From Trichodesmium erythraeum IMS101 (GTDB taxonomy: Bacteria > Cyanobacteriota > Cyanobacteriia > Cyanobacteriales > Microcoleaceae): a DNA stretch of 32,000 bases. The notes under the pieces were generated by a model that saw only the letters and a program-made list of their open reading frames with translations, did no database searches and had not been told where the DNA came from. This document shows positions 9,592 through 18,864 of this stretch, one piece after another (positions within the stretch are counted from its first letter, which is position 1; each line of letters opens with the position of its first letter). Position numbers and translations under genes: made by a program. The stretch is taken from contig NC_008312.1 of NCBI RefSeq assembly GCF_000014265.1, positions 1,080,001 to 1,112,000 on the forward strand. Reading direction: 5' to 3'.

Positions 9592-10137
9592 TGTTATAGT
9601 GTCCTTCTACTTAACTCAACATTAATTTTACAGTTTTGATATTAATTTGAACTAGATTTTGATATAATATAAAAGTATGGAGTTTCTAAATCAAGGTATG
9701 GGAATAAAAATTGAATAATTTGAAATGTTTGTTATTTAATAATTGAGCAATGACCAAAAATACAAGTCCTATCCACCTATCATCAACCCCCACGGAATAC
9801 TATATTTTTTTTACTTTTGTCTTTCAAAAAGATACGATTAACTATAATAATTGTATCTCAAGATTGAAAGATTGAAGCTGCTATAATGCAGGAGGAAAGA
9901 GGTACTTAATATTTATTTTACAGTAGTTGGAGCTATTTTCAAGAAGGTATGTGATCTTACTAAAGATTGAGGATGAATATATAAATTCTCAAACTAACTA
10001 CAATTACTAGATATTTATAAATTATAGTTAAGATAAATACTAGTTAATATAGTGTTGTTGCATTATTACTTATCTATTCTAATTAGGACTTGCTCAATAC
10101 ATTTTATGGGTCAGGGTGGAAACTATTGAGAGAGAAA

Positions 10138-10225
10138 ATATTGAAGTGGAGAGGCGCTGATAAATTGAAATTACAAAAGATATTGAAGTGGAGAGGCGCT
10201 GATAAATTGAAATTACAAAAGATAT
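10138..10225. repeat. 42-bp tandem direct repeat, about 2.1 copies
   Basis: The unit ATATTGAAGTGGAGAGGCGCTGATAAATTGAAATTACAAAAG is repeated exactly at 10138 and 10180, and a third copy starts and breaks off after ATAT. Confidence 0.95.
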
Positions 10226-11045
10226 AGTCGGAAGTATTTCAATTTTTTGCCCTTAATAGCTCAAAATCATCAATTTTTTCGGTGGAACAACAAGCTTGTA
10301 GATTTTGTGCACAAAAACAAGTTATATCCTTTATTGGTAAATGGTTTGAGTTTTTTCAGCTAACCCTAATTATTTGAGCTCACAATAATGTAAAGAATAT
10401 AGTTTGTATGCTTGCATAGATGTGTAATTAATTCTGTACCACTACTTACAAAATTAATTACATAAGTACAATAAGCCGATCTCTTATCCCCCACTAGCAA
10501 TTTTGAATGATTGGGTATTGAAAGTTTCTGCACTTACTGAAGTATTACTTCCTGCTTGAAGAGGTACTCTCACCCTCAACTCCTCCTTCAGTCTTTGCTA
10601 TCTGTCATCTGCTTCCCCAGCCAGAAAATAGTTGTCGACCCTCTGGCATTATCTCCGGTCACGGTACTCCTATGGGCCATAAAACATAAAATTAAACGTT
10701 GCTAATGCATGGCTATGATTAATATTTTTGGTAATTGCTAAACTATGGAATAACAAGTATTTCAGATTGTTAATTTTTTCTTTTCAGAACCTTTTGAGCT
10801 ACCTTGAAAATTACATTAAGAACCTCTGACATATCGAAGCTAAGGGTTATTCCTCTAGTTTTTGCCGGGGCAATTAGAGGTTCTAACATTTGCCACTAGT
10901 AAGATGTTAGGTCTGTGCAAAAAAAAACTAGTATTTTTGATGATATATATTACACTCTATAGTTATGTTATAATAATATATATCTCTACATTGATCTTGT
11001 ATAATTTTTTAGATATTCAAAATATTAATAAGATTTTAGTAAGCC

Positions 11046-13646
11046 ATGGAAAAGATACAAAAAAAATCTGAAGAACTATGGGAAATTTTTACTAAGTTAA
11101 TTCCAGCAGCAATATTGATTAGTCGTGCAGTTGATGGTATAATTATCTTCCACAATGAATTTTTGGGAGTAATTTTTGGCCTTTCTAATTATAACTTTAT
11201 CGGTTTTCCAACATCTAATTTTTACTTTAGCCCTCAAGAATATGAGTTTTTGTTAGCAAACTTCTATGGAGAAGTTATGCTGCCGAATTCCAAAAAAAAA
11301 CAGACATTTGATTGCGAGGTATACTTAAAAAAAATAGATGGCACACCATTTTGGGCTAAAGTATCAATGTCTTATATCAAATTCAATGGCGAAACTGCAA
11401 TACTTTCTGTCTTGTCACCTTCGTTGGAAGATACACTTATTCAAAGATCACTGCAAAAAAAAGCTTTAATTTTTGAGTATCTCTACGATGGAGTAATTCT
11501 GACAGATACTCAGGGTAATATCGTTGACTGGAACTCAGCAGCAACCCGAATGTTTGGTTATAGTAAAACTGAGGTATTAGGGAAGAGTCCAGCTATTTTA
11601 CACAAACCAGAAATAGCATCTGTGTTAACAAAGGAAATCATAGAAAGGATCAAAGTCAATGATAAGTGGATAGGAGAAATTAATTTTATTCGCAAAGATG
11701 GCAGTGAGGGTATATGTGAAACAACAGTTGTACCAATATTAGATCAACAGAATCAAATGGTTGGAAGTATAGGAGTTAATAGAGATATAACTCAACAAAA
11801 ACGAGCGCAAGAGTTTGCACTCCAACAGGCAGAGGCAGCACTCAAAGAAAGTGAAGAACGTTACCACCGTTTGGTCAAGAACTCACCAGAAGCGATCGCT
11901 GTCAACTACATGGAAAAAATTGTCTATATAAATGCTGCTGGAGCTAAATTATTTGGGGCAAATTGCCCAGACGAAATCATTGGTCAATTACTTCGGAAAT
12001 TCATTCCTTCAGAGCTTATAGAAACAGAAAAACAGCGACTGCAACAAGTTCAAGAACAAGGCATGGAAACACATTTACAAGAAGAAAAGTTGATTAAACT
12101 AAATGGAGAAATCATAGATGTAGAAATACTGGGAATACCTTATACTTATGATGGGAAAGCAGCAACACAGATAATTCTTAAAGATATCACCCACCGCAAA
12201 AAAACACAGGCTAAACTTGTTTATGATGCACTTCATGATACACTCACAGGTTTACCAAACCGAGCATTGTTTTTTGAACGATTAAAATTAGCATTATGTC
12301 GGTCTAGAAAACAACCAAACTATCAATTTAATGTGCTTTTTCTAGATTTAGATCGCTTTAAAGTTATTAATGATAGTTTAGGACATACTATTGGAGATAG
12401 GCTATTAATAGCGATCAGTAAGCGGCTACAAAACTGTATCAAAGCTTCAGATACTCTGGCCAGATTAGGAGGAGACGAATTCACGATCTTACTAGAGTCT
12501 CCATCTAATTTGCAAGATGCTACTAAAGTAGCTGGGAGAATTCATCAAGAACTTGTTAGACCAATTTACTTGGAAGGAAATGAAATATTTACTACAGCAA
12601 GTATTGGTATTGTTACTAACCGCAGAAATTTTATTGAGGATATTGATGAAAATCATCCCCTTATTTGTCCTATTTACAACAAGCCGGAAGATTTGCTGCG
12701 AGATGCAGACATTGCTATGTATCGAGCTAAGACTTTAGGGAAAGCAAGGCATGAGGTGTTTGATTTGACAATGCACAGGGAAGCTATCTCTTTATTACAA
12801 CTGGAAAACGATCTACGACGGGCAATAGAAATAATTAAACAAAATCCGGTAAATTCTCAATTTATCTTAAATTACCAACCAATTATCTGTTTAAATACAG
12901 GTATAATTACTGGTTTTGAATCTTTGCTACGTTGGGCTCATCCTACCAGAGGCTTGATTTATCCAGGACAATTTATCCCTCTAGCAGAAGAAACAGGTTT
13001 AATTGTACCTTTAGGAATGTGGATATTGCGATCTGTTTGTCATCAGTTAACTACTTGGCAGCAAGAATGTAGTACTAAATATGATTCTGGTTGCTGTATG
13101 TATTCTAGTTGTCAATTTCCTACTGATAATTTTACCGTGAGTGTCAATCTTTCTAGTAAGCATCTTTCACAACCAAATTTATTGGAAGAAATTAACACAA
13201 TTTTGGAAGAAACAAATTGTCAACCTAGTTATTTGGAACTGGAAATAACTGAAACTTTAATTATGGAAAATGTTAGTTTAGCAACTCAAATTTTGAATAA
13301 ACTGAAAAATAAAAATATTAAATTATTAATTGATGATTTTGGTACAGGTTATTCATCATTAAGTTATCTACATCAATTCCCTATTGATAGTATTAAAATT
13401 GATAGGTCTTTTGTGAGTAGATTAGACTCGGATACAAGTGGTCAAACTTGTAAAATTGTGGGTGCTATTATTGGATTAGCTAATAATTTAGGTTTAGAAA
13501 TAATTGCAGAAGGAATAGAAACTCGAACTCAAATGCAAAAACTTAAGAAACTTCAATGTAACAAAGGACAAGGATATTTATTCTCAAAACCATTGGAAGG
13601 TGAGGATGCAACTAAACTACTTCGTAATTTTAAGTTTCAAGTGTAA
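11046..13646 (+). CDS. PAS-PAS-PAS-GGDEF-EAL signalling protein (diguanylate cyclase/phosphodiesterase)
   Basis: An 866-aa ORF with three PAS-like segments. GGDEF motif: RLGGDEFTILL. EAL-domain motifs: ESLLRW, VNLS, ELEITE, DDFGTGYSSLSYL, KIDRSF, EGIET, QGYLFSKP. Confidence 0.9.
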   Translation: MEKIQKKSEELWEIFTKLIPAAILISRAVDGIIIFHNEFLGVIFGLSNYNFIGFPTSNFYFSPQEYEFLLANFYGEVMLPNSKKKQTFDCEVYLKKIDGTPFWAKVSMSYIKFNGETAILSVLSPSLEDTLIQRSLQKKALIFEYLYDGVILTDTQGNIVDWNSAATRMFGYSKTEVLGKSPAILHKPEIASVLTKEIIERIKVNDKWIGEINFIRKDGSEGICETTVVPILDQQNQMVGSIGVNRDITQQKRAQEFALQQAEAALKESEERYHRLVKNSPEAIAVNYMEKIVYINAAGAKLFGANCPDEIIGQLLRKFIPSELIETEKQRLQQVQEQGMETHLQEEKLIKLNGEIIDVEILGIPYTYDGKAATQIILKDITHRKKTQAKLVYDALHDTLTGLPNRALFFERLKLALCRSRKQPNYQFNVLFLDLDRFKVINDSLGHTIGDRLLIAISKRLQNCIKASDTLARLGGDEFTILLESPSNLQDATKVAGRIHQELVRPIYLEGNEIFTTASIGIVTNRRNFIEDIDENHPLICPIYNKPEDLLRDADIAMYRAKTLGKARHEVFDLTMHREAISLLQLENDLRRAIEIIKQNPVNSQFILNYQPIICLNTGIITGFESLLRWAHPTRGLIYPGQFIPLAEETGLIVPLGMWILRSVCHQLTTWQQECSTKYDSGCCMYSSCQFPTDNFTVSVNLSSKHLSQPNLLEEINTILEETNCQPSYLELEITETLIMENVSLATQILNKLKNKNIKLLIDDFGTGYSSLSYLHQFPIDSIKIDRSFVSRLDSDTSGQTCKIVGAIIGLANNLGLEIIAEGIETRTQMQKLKKLQCNKGQGYLFSKPLEGEDATKLLRNFKFQV

Positions 13647-14073
13647 TGTGTTTAAACTTTCAGGAAAGAAGAAGTAAGCATAAACTATACAGACAACATT
13701 CCTAAAGAAATGGAATAGGTAAATATAGCACGACACGCAGCTTAAAAATTAAAGTTCAAAAGTAATTATTTACTAAGTTTGAGTAATTAGAATGTCTGTG
13801 CTTTTTGCTTATACTATTATAATTGATGATTTATGTATTATTAAATATTTATAATTCGGGGTTCCTCAATATAAAAGCATCGACATAAAAATAAAAATTT
13901 TAGTCTTTTTATAGCTTTAAAAAAACACCTATTTTTTCATCATTTAATATCATTATACCAAAGACTTTAATGATCATCACTCACCCAAACATAATATTAA
14001 GGGTAGCTCTCCTACTTTAAAAAAAGACTTAGAGAACTCACCCTATAATTACACTACAGCTAACACACTTGTG

Positions 14074-16749
14074 CTACAATAAATCAACGCTGAGACGGTA
14101 GTTTGTGCGACTGCTGCCTTGGGGATATACCCGCAGAAAATAAGTGTCTGGGTCTAATATGGTACTAATACTTTCTGGCTTAACACCCTTATTTTTCGAC
14201 TGGTTAATCAATTCTTGCTCACTACCATATAGATCAACATCAGCATTTTTTAACAGATCATCAAGAACCAACACAAAAGTACCTTCTTTATCTGTTTGGA
14301 AACGGAAATAGTCATTTGTATCCCGCTTTATTCCCTCAGTAAAACCAATTGTGTCACTCACAACCTGTTCCCCTGTGAGTATGTCTAAGTTGATCGCTGT
14401 CTCAAAACTATCTCCTGGTTGGTCTCCACCCCGATCATTATCTTTAATAAGACCAACTCCACGTTTATCTCTCAGTTTAGCATTTTTAGGTCTGCTAAGG
14501 TTGACTCTAAATTTCTCGTCGTCTTCGTTGAGAGTATCCCCCAGGATGGGAACTGTTATAGTCTTTTTCTTCTGGTTAGGTTTGAAAATGAGTTTGCCCT
14601 TGGTTTGTTGGTAGTCGGAACCTTTTTTGGCAGTCATGTCCGCGGTGGCGTAATTAACTTCAACTCTTTTCTTGACTTTGGTGTTGAGGGTGACATCGAA
14701 TTTTAGTTGTTTTTTGCCCTGGTCCCCTTCAGTTATTTGAGCGTCGCCAATAGATAGCAGGGGCTGATTTTTATCGTCGTTGCGGATGGTGGCAATGCCG
14801 CGTTTATCTTTGATTTTCCCATTTTTGGGTTTGCTGAGGTTGAGCTGAAATTTTTCGTTTTTTTCGACTATAGTGTCGCCGAAGATAGGAACATTGATTT
14901 TCTTTTGGGTTTGACCAGGTTTGAATGTGAGAGTACCAGTGGTTTTCCGGTAATCTTTTCCGGCTTTGGCGCTACTATTAGCAGTTGCGTAGTTGACTTT
15001 GACTGTTTTATTGCTTGCGTCGTCGAGAGTGACAGTGAATTTAGCATTTTTCCTGCCTTTGTTGCCTTCAGTTATTCTGGTGTCAGAGATGGTAATGTTG
15101 GGGTCGGCGACTGCAATTTTGCTGGTATTAGTTAAGATGGAGATGGTATCAGCTTCACTGTTTGTTACAGCAATATCTTTTTTGCCATCATTATTAAAGT
15201 CTTCTACTACAACGATATTGGGCCCTTCTCCCACCCCAAAATTAATCGCAGGCTCGAAAAGTCCTTTCCCTTTTCCCAGTAATACGGAGATATTATCAGA
15301 CCCTCTGTTTATGACAACAAGATCAAGTTGGCGATCGCCATTCAAATCTTCAATGGCAACATGTTCTGGTAGAGAACCTACTGGAAGGTTCGTGGGAAAA
15401 GCAAAAAATCCATTTCCTATACCCAACATTACCGAAACACCATCTGGATCTAATGTGGGTAAGACAAGATCGAGTTTCCCATCTCGGTTCAAGTCCTTCC
15501 CTGTTATACCATAAACTTTTCCTCCTGCCGGAAAACTAGTAGGCAAGCCAAAAGTACCATCTCCATTTCCTGGCAGGACAGCAACGGTAGCAGAGTCAAC
15601 ATTACTTACCATAATATCCGGGTTGCGGTCTCCATTGATATCTTTAATAACTACGCCCTCAGGCTTAGAGCCTCCTGTTGTAAAATTCGTAGCGCTCATA
15701 AAAGTACCATCCCCATTGCCCAACAATACAGAGACATCGTTAGAGTAATAATTAGGGGTAACGACATCCAGGTTGCCGTCTCGGTTTACGTCTGCTACCG
15801 CTAATTCTAATGGATTATCGCCTACAGCAAAATTGCTAGAACTGCTAAACTGACCTTTCCCATTTCCAAACAACACTGTCACGCTATCGTTCCTGAAATT
15901 TGCCGTCACGATATCCTGGTTGCCGTCTCGGTTCATATCTCCTACTGTAACGAGAGCGGGCACAACACCTTCTAATTTAGATAAGAATGCAGTTAACACT
16001 CCTCCTTTACCATCACCCAAAAAGATTGATATGCCATTTGCTACTCCAATGTTTGCTACTACAATATCCTGAAACCCATCTTGATTAAAATCTGCTGCTG
16101 CCATCCCTAGAGGTTGATCACCCGTTGGGAAAGTTTGAGTCTCAAAAGTCAAATCTGAATTAGCCTCCACTATAACCGTTCCATTTAAAATCTCCCTCCT
16201 ATCATCCTCACCCCGCAACCGAGCAATTTCCCCCTCGCTCAACTCATCCCCATTCACCAACGCTGCCAAATACTCCCCCTCATCTCCTGGAGTATCTGTG
16301 AGATTTAACTTCCACTCAATAGAGTGTGCTATTTCCTCGGTAAGTACACCAACTAGATCAAACTCCCTTGTTTCACTCCCCACAACAGACAATGGCTCAA
16401 CCAAACTATCCCCTAAATACACCTCACCAGTCAGAGGGTCAAAACCTCCTGCCGCACCATTCATCAGTGCTGCTGGCACAACATTTATCTGTGGCCAGTC
16501 CTCACCCTTTACCAAAGCATCAATAATAGTCCTTCCCAAATCAACATTTGTAGACTCCCCAAAGACACTCAACATATCCCTCTCAAAAGTCTCAGAACTA
16601 GCAAACTCAGCTAAATTGTTCCGAACCTCACTCCACCCCTCTTCAATTATCCCCATAGCCCCTAGTGGTTCCACAGAAACTTGGGCCATAAAATTGACAT
16701 CTGGGACAGTAAAAGTGACATCTGGAAAAGTACACCCATCATCAATCAT
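14074..16749 (-). CDS. Large secreted/surface-type protein: conserved cyanobacterial N-terminal domain, FG-GAP/VCBS repeats, three Calx-beta domains, C-terminal PPC-like domain
   Basis: An 891-aa ORF with about 8 repeats of the type D(F/V/L)N(R/Q/G)DG..D(I/L/V)V. Three Calx-beta-like modules follow (I.D..ITEG..G.K...F.VTL......V.VNYATA...A.AG.DY....G.L.F.PGQ..K.I.VPI.GD). The C-terminal part DSFETAINL...DYFRF...TFVL...DVDLY...DTYFLRVYPQG...NYRL is PPC-like. Confidence 0.85.
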   Translation of the reverse strand: MIDDGCTFPDVTFTVPDVNFMAQVSVEPLGAMGIIEEGWSEVRNNLAEFASSETFERDMLSVFGESTNVDLGRTIIDALVKGEDWPQINVVPAALMNGAAGGFDPLTGEVYLGDSLVEPLSVVGSETREFDLVGVLTEEIAHSIEWKLNLTDTPGDEGEYLAALVNGDELSEGEIARLRGEDDRREILNGTVIVEANSDLTFETQTFPTGDQPLGMAAADFNQDGFQDIVVANIGVANGISIFLGDGKGGVLTAFLSKLEGVVPALVTVGDMNRDGNQDIVTANFRNDSVTVLFGNGKGQFSSSSNFAVGDNPLELAVADVNRDGNLDVVTPNYYSNDVSVLLGNGDGTFMSATNFTTGGSKPEGVVIKDINGDRNPDIMVSNVDSATVAVLPGNGDGTFGLPTSFPAGGKVYGITGKDLNRDGKLDLVLPTLDPDGVSVMLGIGNGFFAFPTNLPVGSLPEHVAIEDLNGDRQLDLVVINRGSDNISVLLGKGKGLFEPAINFGVGEGPNIVVVEDFNNDGKKDIAVTNSEADTISILTNTSKIAVADPNITISDTRITEGNKGRKNAKFTVTLDDASNKTVKVNYATANSSAKAGKDYRKTTGTLTFKPGQTQKKINVPIFGDTIVEKNEKFQLNLSKPKNGKIKDKRGIATIRNDDKNQPLLSIGDAQITEGDQGKKQLKFDVTLNTKVKKRVEVNYATADMTAKKGSDYQQTKGKLIFKPNQKKKTITVPILGDTLNEDDEKFRVNLSRPKNAKLRDKRGVGLIKDNDRGGDQPGDSFETAINLDILTGEQVVSDTIGFTEGIKRDTNDYFRFQTDKEGTFVLVLDDLLKNADVDLYGSEQELINQSKNKGVKPESISTILDPDTYFLRVYPQGSSRTNYRLSVDLL

Positions 16750-16876
16750 AAATTTCTTCCCATAGAGTTAAATATTAGAGATTAGTATAGTATATTATTC
16801 AAACATAATAATTCTATTGTATTAAGGACTTACAGTAAAGAAACCAGGAAAAAAACCTAGTTTCTGAAGTGCTCCT

Positions 16877-17611
16877 ATGTACATCCTGTTATTATTAAAT
16901 GCTATCCTTTTCAGCTTTCTTATAGTGTCTATCATCAGCACATTTCCCAATATTTGGCTCCAAGTTTTCCTCGTCGGTGGATGGTTAGGAATTATTTTAA
17001 TCTTTGCCGAAGCACTGAACCGTTTTGCCAAAGTCGACCCAGAGATATCGCGAAAAGTCGTTCATATTGGCACAGGTAATGTAATTCTATTTGCTTGGTG
17101 GCTAGAAATTCCCCCCTGGATAGGCATTACTGCCGGAATTATCTCAGCAGCGATCGCCCTTATTTCCTACCGACTTCCCATCCTTCCCAGCGTTAACAGT
17201 GTAGGGCGCAAAAGCCTAGGAACATTTTTCTACGCAGTTAGTATTGGTATTCTCATCGGTTGGTTTTGGTCTATTCAACAACCTCAATATGCCGCCATAG
17301 GAATATTAACCATGGCTTGGGGTGATGGGTTCGCAGCTATCATTGGTCAAAACTTTGGCAAACATCCCTATCAAGTCTGGGGAATGAACAAAAGTTGGGA
17401 AGGCTCCCTAGGAATGTGTTTAGTTAGCTATACCGTTTGTAGTCTAATTTTATTAGCAGTGCAAGGCAACATTTGGCAAACCTGGATAGTTGCTATTCCA
17501 GTCGCCTTAGCTGCTACTGCTTTAGAGACCCTATCAAAAGTAGGTCTGGATAATTTGACCGTACCATTAGGTAGTGCTGCCCTTTGCTTTTTCCTCAATC
17601 AATTTTTTTAA
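16877..17611 (+). CDS. Phytol kinase-like / CTP-dependent polyprenol kinase family membrane protein (often annotated phosphatidate cytidylyltransferase)
   Basis: A 244-aa polytopic membrane ORF with RKVVHIGTGNVILFAWWL, GRKSLGTFFYA, WGDGFAAIIGQNFGKHPY, KSWEGSLGM and GLDNLTVP, the pattern of cyanobacterial VTE5/slr1652-type proteins. The exact start codon is uncertain. Confidence 0.7.
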   Translation: MYILLLLNAILFSFLIVSIISTFPNIWLQVFLVGGWLGIILIFAEALNRFAKVDPEISRKVVHIGTGNVILFAWWLEIPPWIGITAGIISAAIALISYRLPILPSVNSVGRKSLGTFFYAVSIGILIGWFWSIQQPQYAAIGILTMAWGDGFAAIIGQNFGKHPYQVWGMNKSWEGSLGMCLVSYTVCSLILLAVQGNIWQTWIVAIPVALAATALETLSKVGLDNLTVPLGSAALCFFLNQFF

Positions 17612-17759
17612 CTAGAATAGAGCCAAGACACCTTCCCGACCTCGCTCCAGGAAACAGCAGAGAACTCCTATGCATTAATCAAATAAACTCACATCAAATT
17701 TCATCCATTAATGCTATAATTAAATAAGACTTCATAAATTTAAATCATTAACACACTCT

Positions 17760-18864
17760 AGTCATAACTTATTTCCAGAATTTAATCTCACATTCATCTA
17801 GAGTAGGCTTTTCATATTTATAAACCACATCATCATAAGCAAAACCCAGTAGATACCTTATGCAAAGTCTCCACTGGGTTTACCATACCAGAAAATTGCT
17901 GTAAAATTTCATCAGCTCAAAACTTGAACAGTCTCAGTAACTTCAGGAAATTATGTAATATTTAAAGTTAGAAACTATTTGTGAAATATTGAAAATGAAC
18001 TTGTATTAGGAGTCAGCGACAATACTTAAACAGACTAGAGAAATTTAAAGATTCTCATATAATAGTTTCCTATTCAAAAGTTAGTTTAGTTAATCAATTA
18101 TGCAGAAAATCAACTCCAATATCTTTGAAATTTGTCTAAAACTTTGTCACTCTAAGTATTAGCTTTTCTCTACATCTACCATCAAGATTTTTTTGAGCTA
18201 ATTAACCTTCAAACCAAGCAAAAAATTAAATTTTTTTACCAACTAATTTCAGAGCTTAAATATTTTCAAAATTAGTAACCTTAGCCAAAATTTAAACCCC
18301 AAAATCAACATCAATTAAATTATTAGACAATAGTAAATTTTTAACAGGAATTTCTACTACAAAAATAGCAAAGTAACAACCTGCATTATCTTTGATAATA
18401 GTGACAGAAGTAGGTATACTAGGCAATTCTCTTAACCCAACAACCTTAAAATTTCCTATCTTTGTTAGATATATTTGATCTTCAGCTATCTTATAGTTAT
18501 ATTTTAAAAATCTAGCAGTTTGTTCTGATTTTTTAGTTTTGAACGTAGGAGGTTTAACCTTAACACCTTTTTCTTTACTAGTACAACTATTAAAGAAACT
18601 TTGGTAAGCTTGATCTAAATCTTTAAGACATTGTTTTAATGGAGTATCTGCTACATCTTTTAACCAAGTTAATTCTTTTTTAGCTTGAGTTATAAACTGC
18701 TTACTTAAATCAGTATATGAAGGTTTCTTAACAGTATAAACATATAACTGATTACAATGAACTAAAGACTGATTCCAAACATATCTACAACAGCCAAATA
18801 ATTTATTTAATTTAGCTATTTGCACAATATTAGGTTCTATAGGATATTTATATTTAGCTTTCAA
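17760..18864 (-). pseudogene. tnpB: Decayed tnpB (IS200/IS605-family, IS1341-type OrfB/TnpB). Only the N-terminal 190 codons remain open.
   Basis: ORF 18292..18864 reads (M)KAKYKYPIEPNIVQIAKLNKLFGCCRYVWNQSL...LTWLKDV...LKQCLKDLDQAYQSFF...KPPTFKTKK...IYLTKIGNFKV...VDFGV, which is the typical TnpB N-terminal half up to the first RuvC Asp motif. Downstream, the same reading direction gives recognisable but stop- and frameshift-riddled remnants (..LAQKNL.., ..GVDFLHN.., ..MVNPVETLHKVS..). Confidence 0.75.

Noticed and set aside
9947-9960. Perfect NtcA-type palindrome GTA-N8-TAC (GTATGTGATCTTAC) about 355 nt upstream of acnB
   Set aside because: The 6 specified bases are expected several times by chance in 32 kb of AT-rich DNA. 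The -10 spacing is only approximate and the distance to either gene is large. I noted it but did not call it a site.
10138-10225. CRISPR array hypothesis for the 42-bp repeat (and likewise for the 109-bp repeat at 26316-26533)
   Set aside because: The units are directly abutting with no unique spacers, there are only two copies, and no cas genes are present. These are simple tandem duplications.
10862-11071. A 69-aa ORF overlapping the start of the GGDEF-EAL gene
   Set aside because: It has a TTG start in very AT-rich promoter-like DNA, an Ile/Leu/Tyr-rich translation, and overlaps the better-supported ATG at 11046.
12553-12738. A 61-aa plus-strand ORF inside the GGDEF domain region
   Set aside because: It is an alternative frame of a well-supported CDS.
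14351-16765. Five plus-strand ORFs (76-173 aa) opposite the FG-GAP/Calx-beta gene
   Set aside because: They are antisense to a repeat-rich CDS whose composition keeps the opposite strand open, and they have no motifs.
16822-17031. A 69-aa minus-strand ORF overlapping the start of the phytol-kinase-like gene
   Set aside because: It overlaps a membrane-protein CDS with conserved motifs and has no start context.
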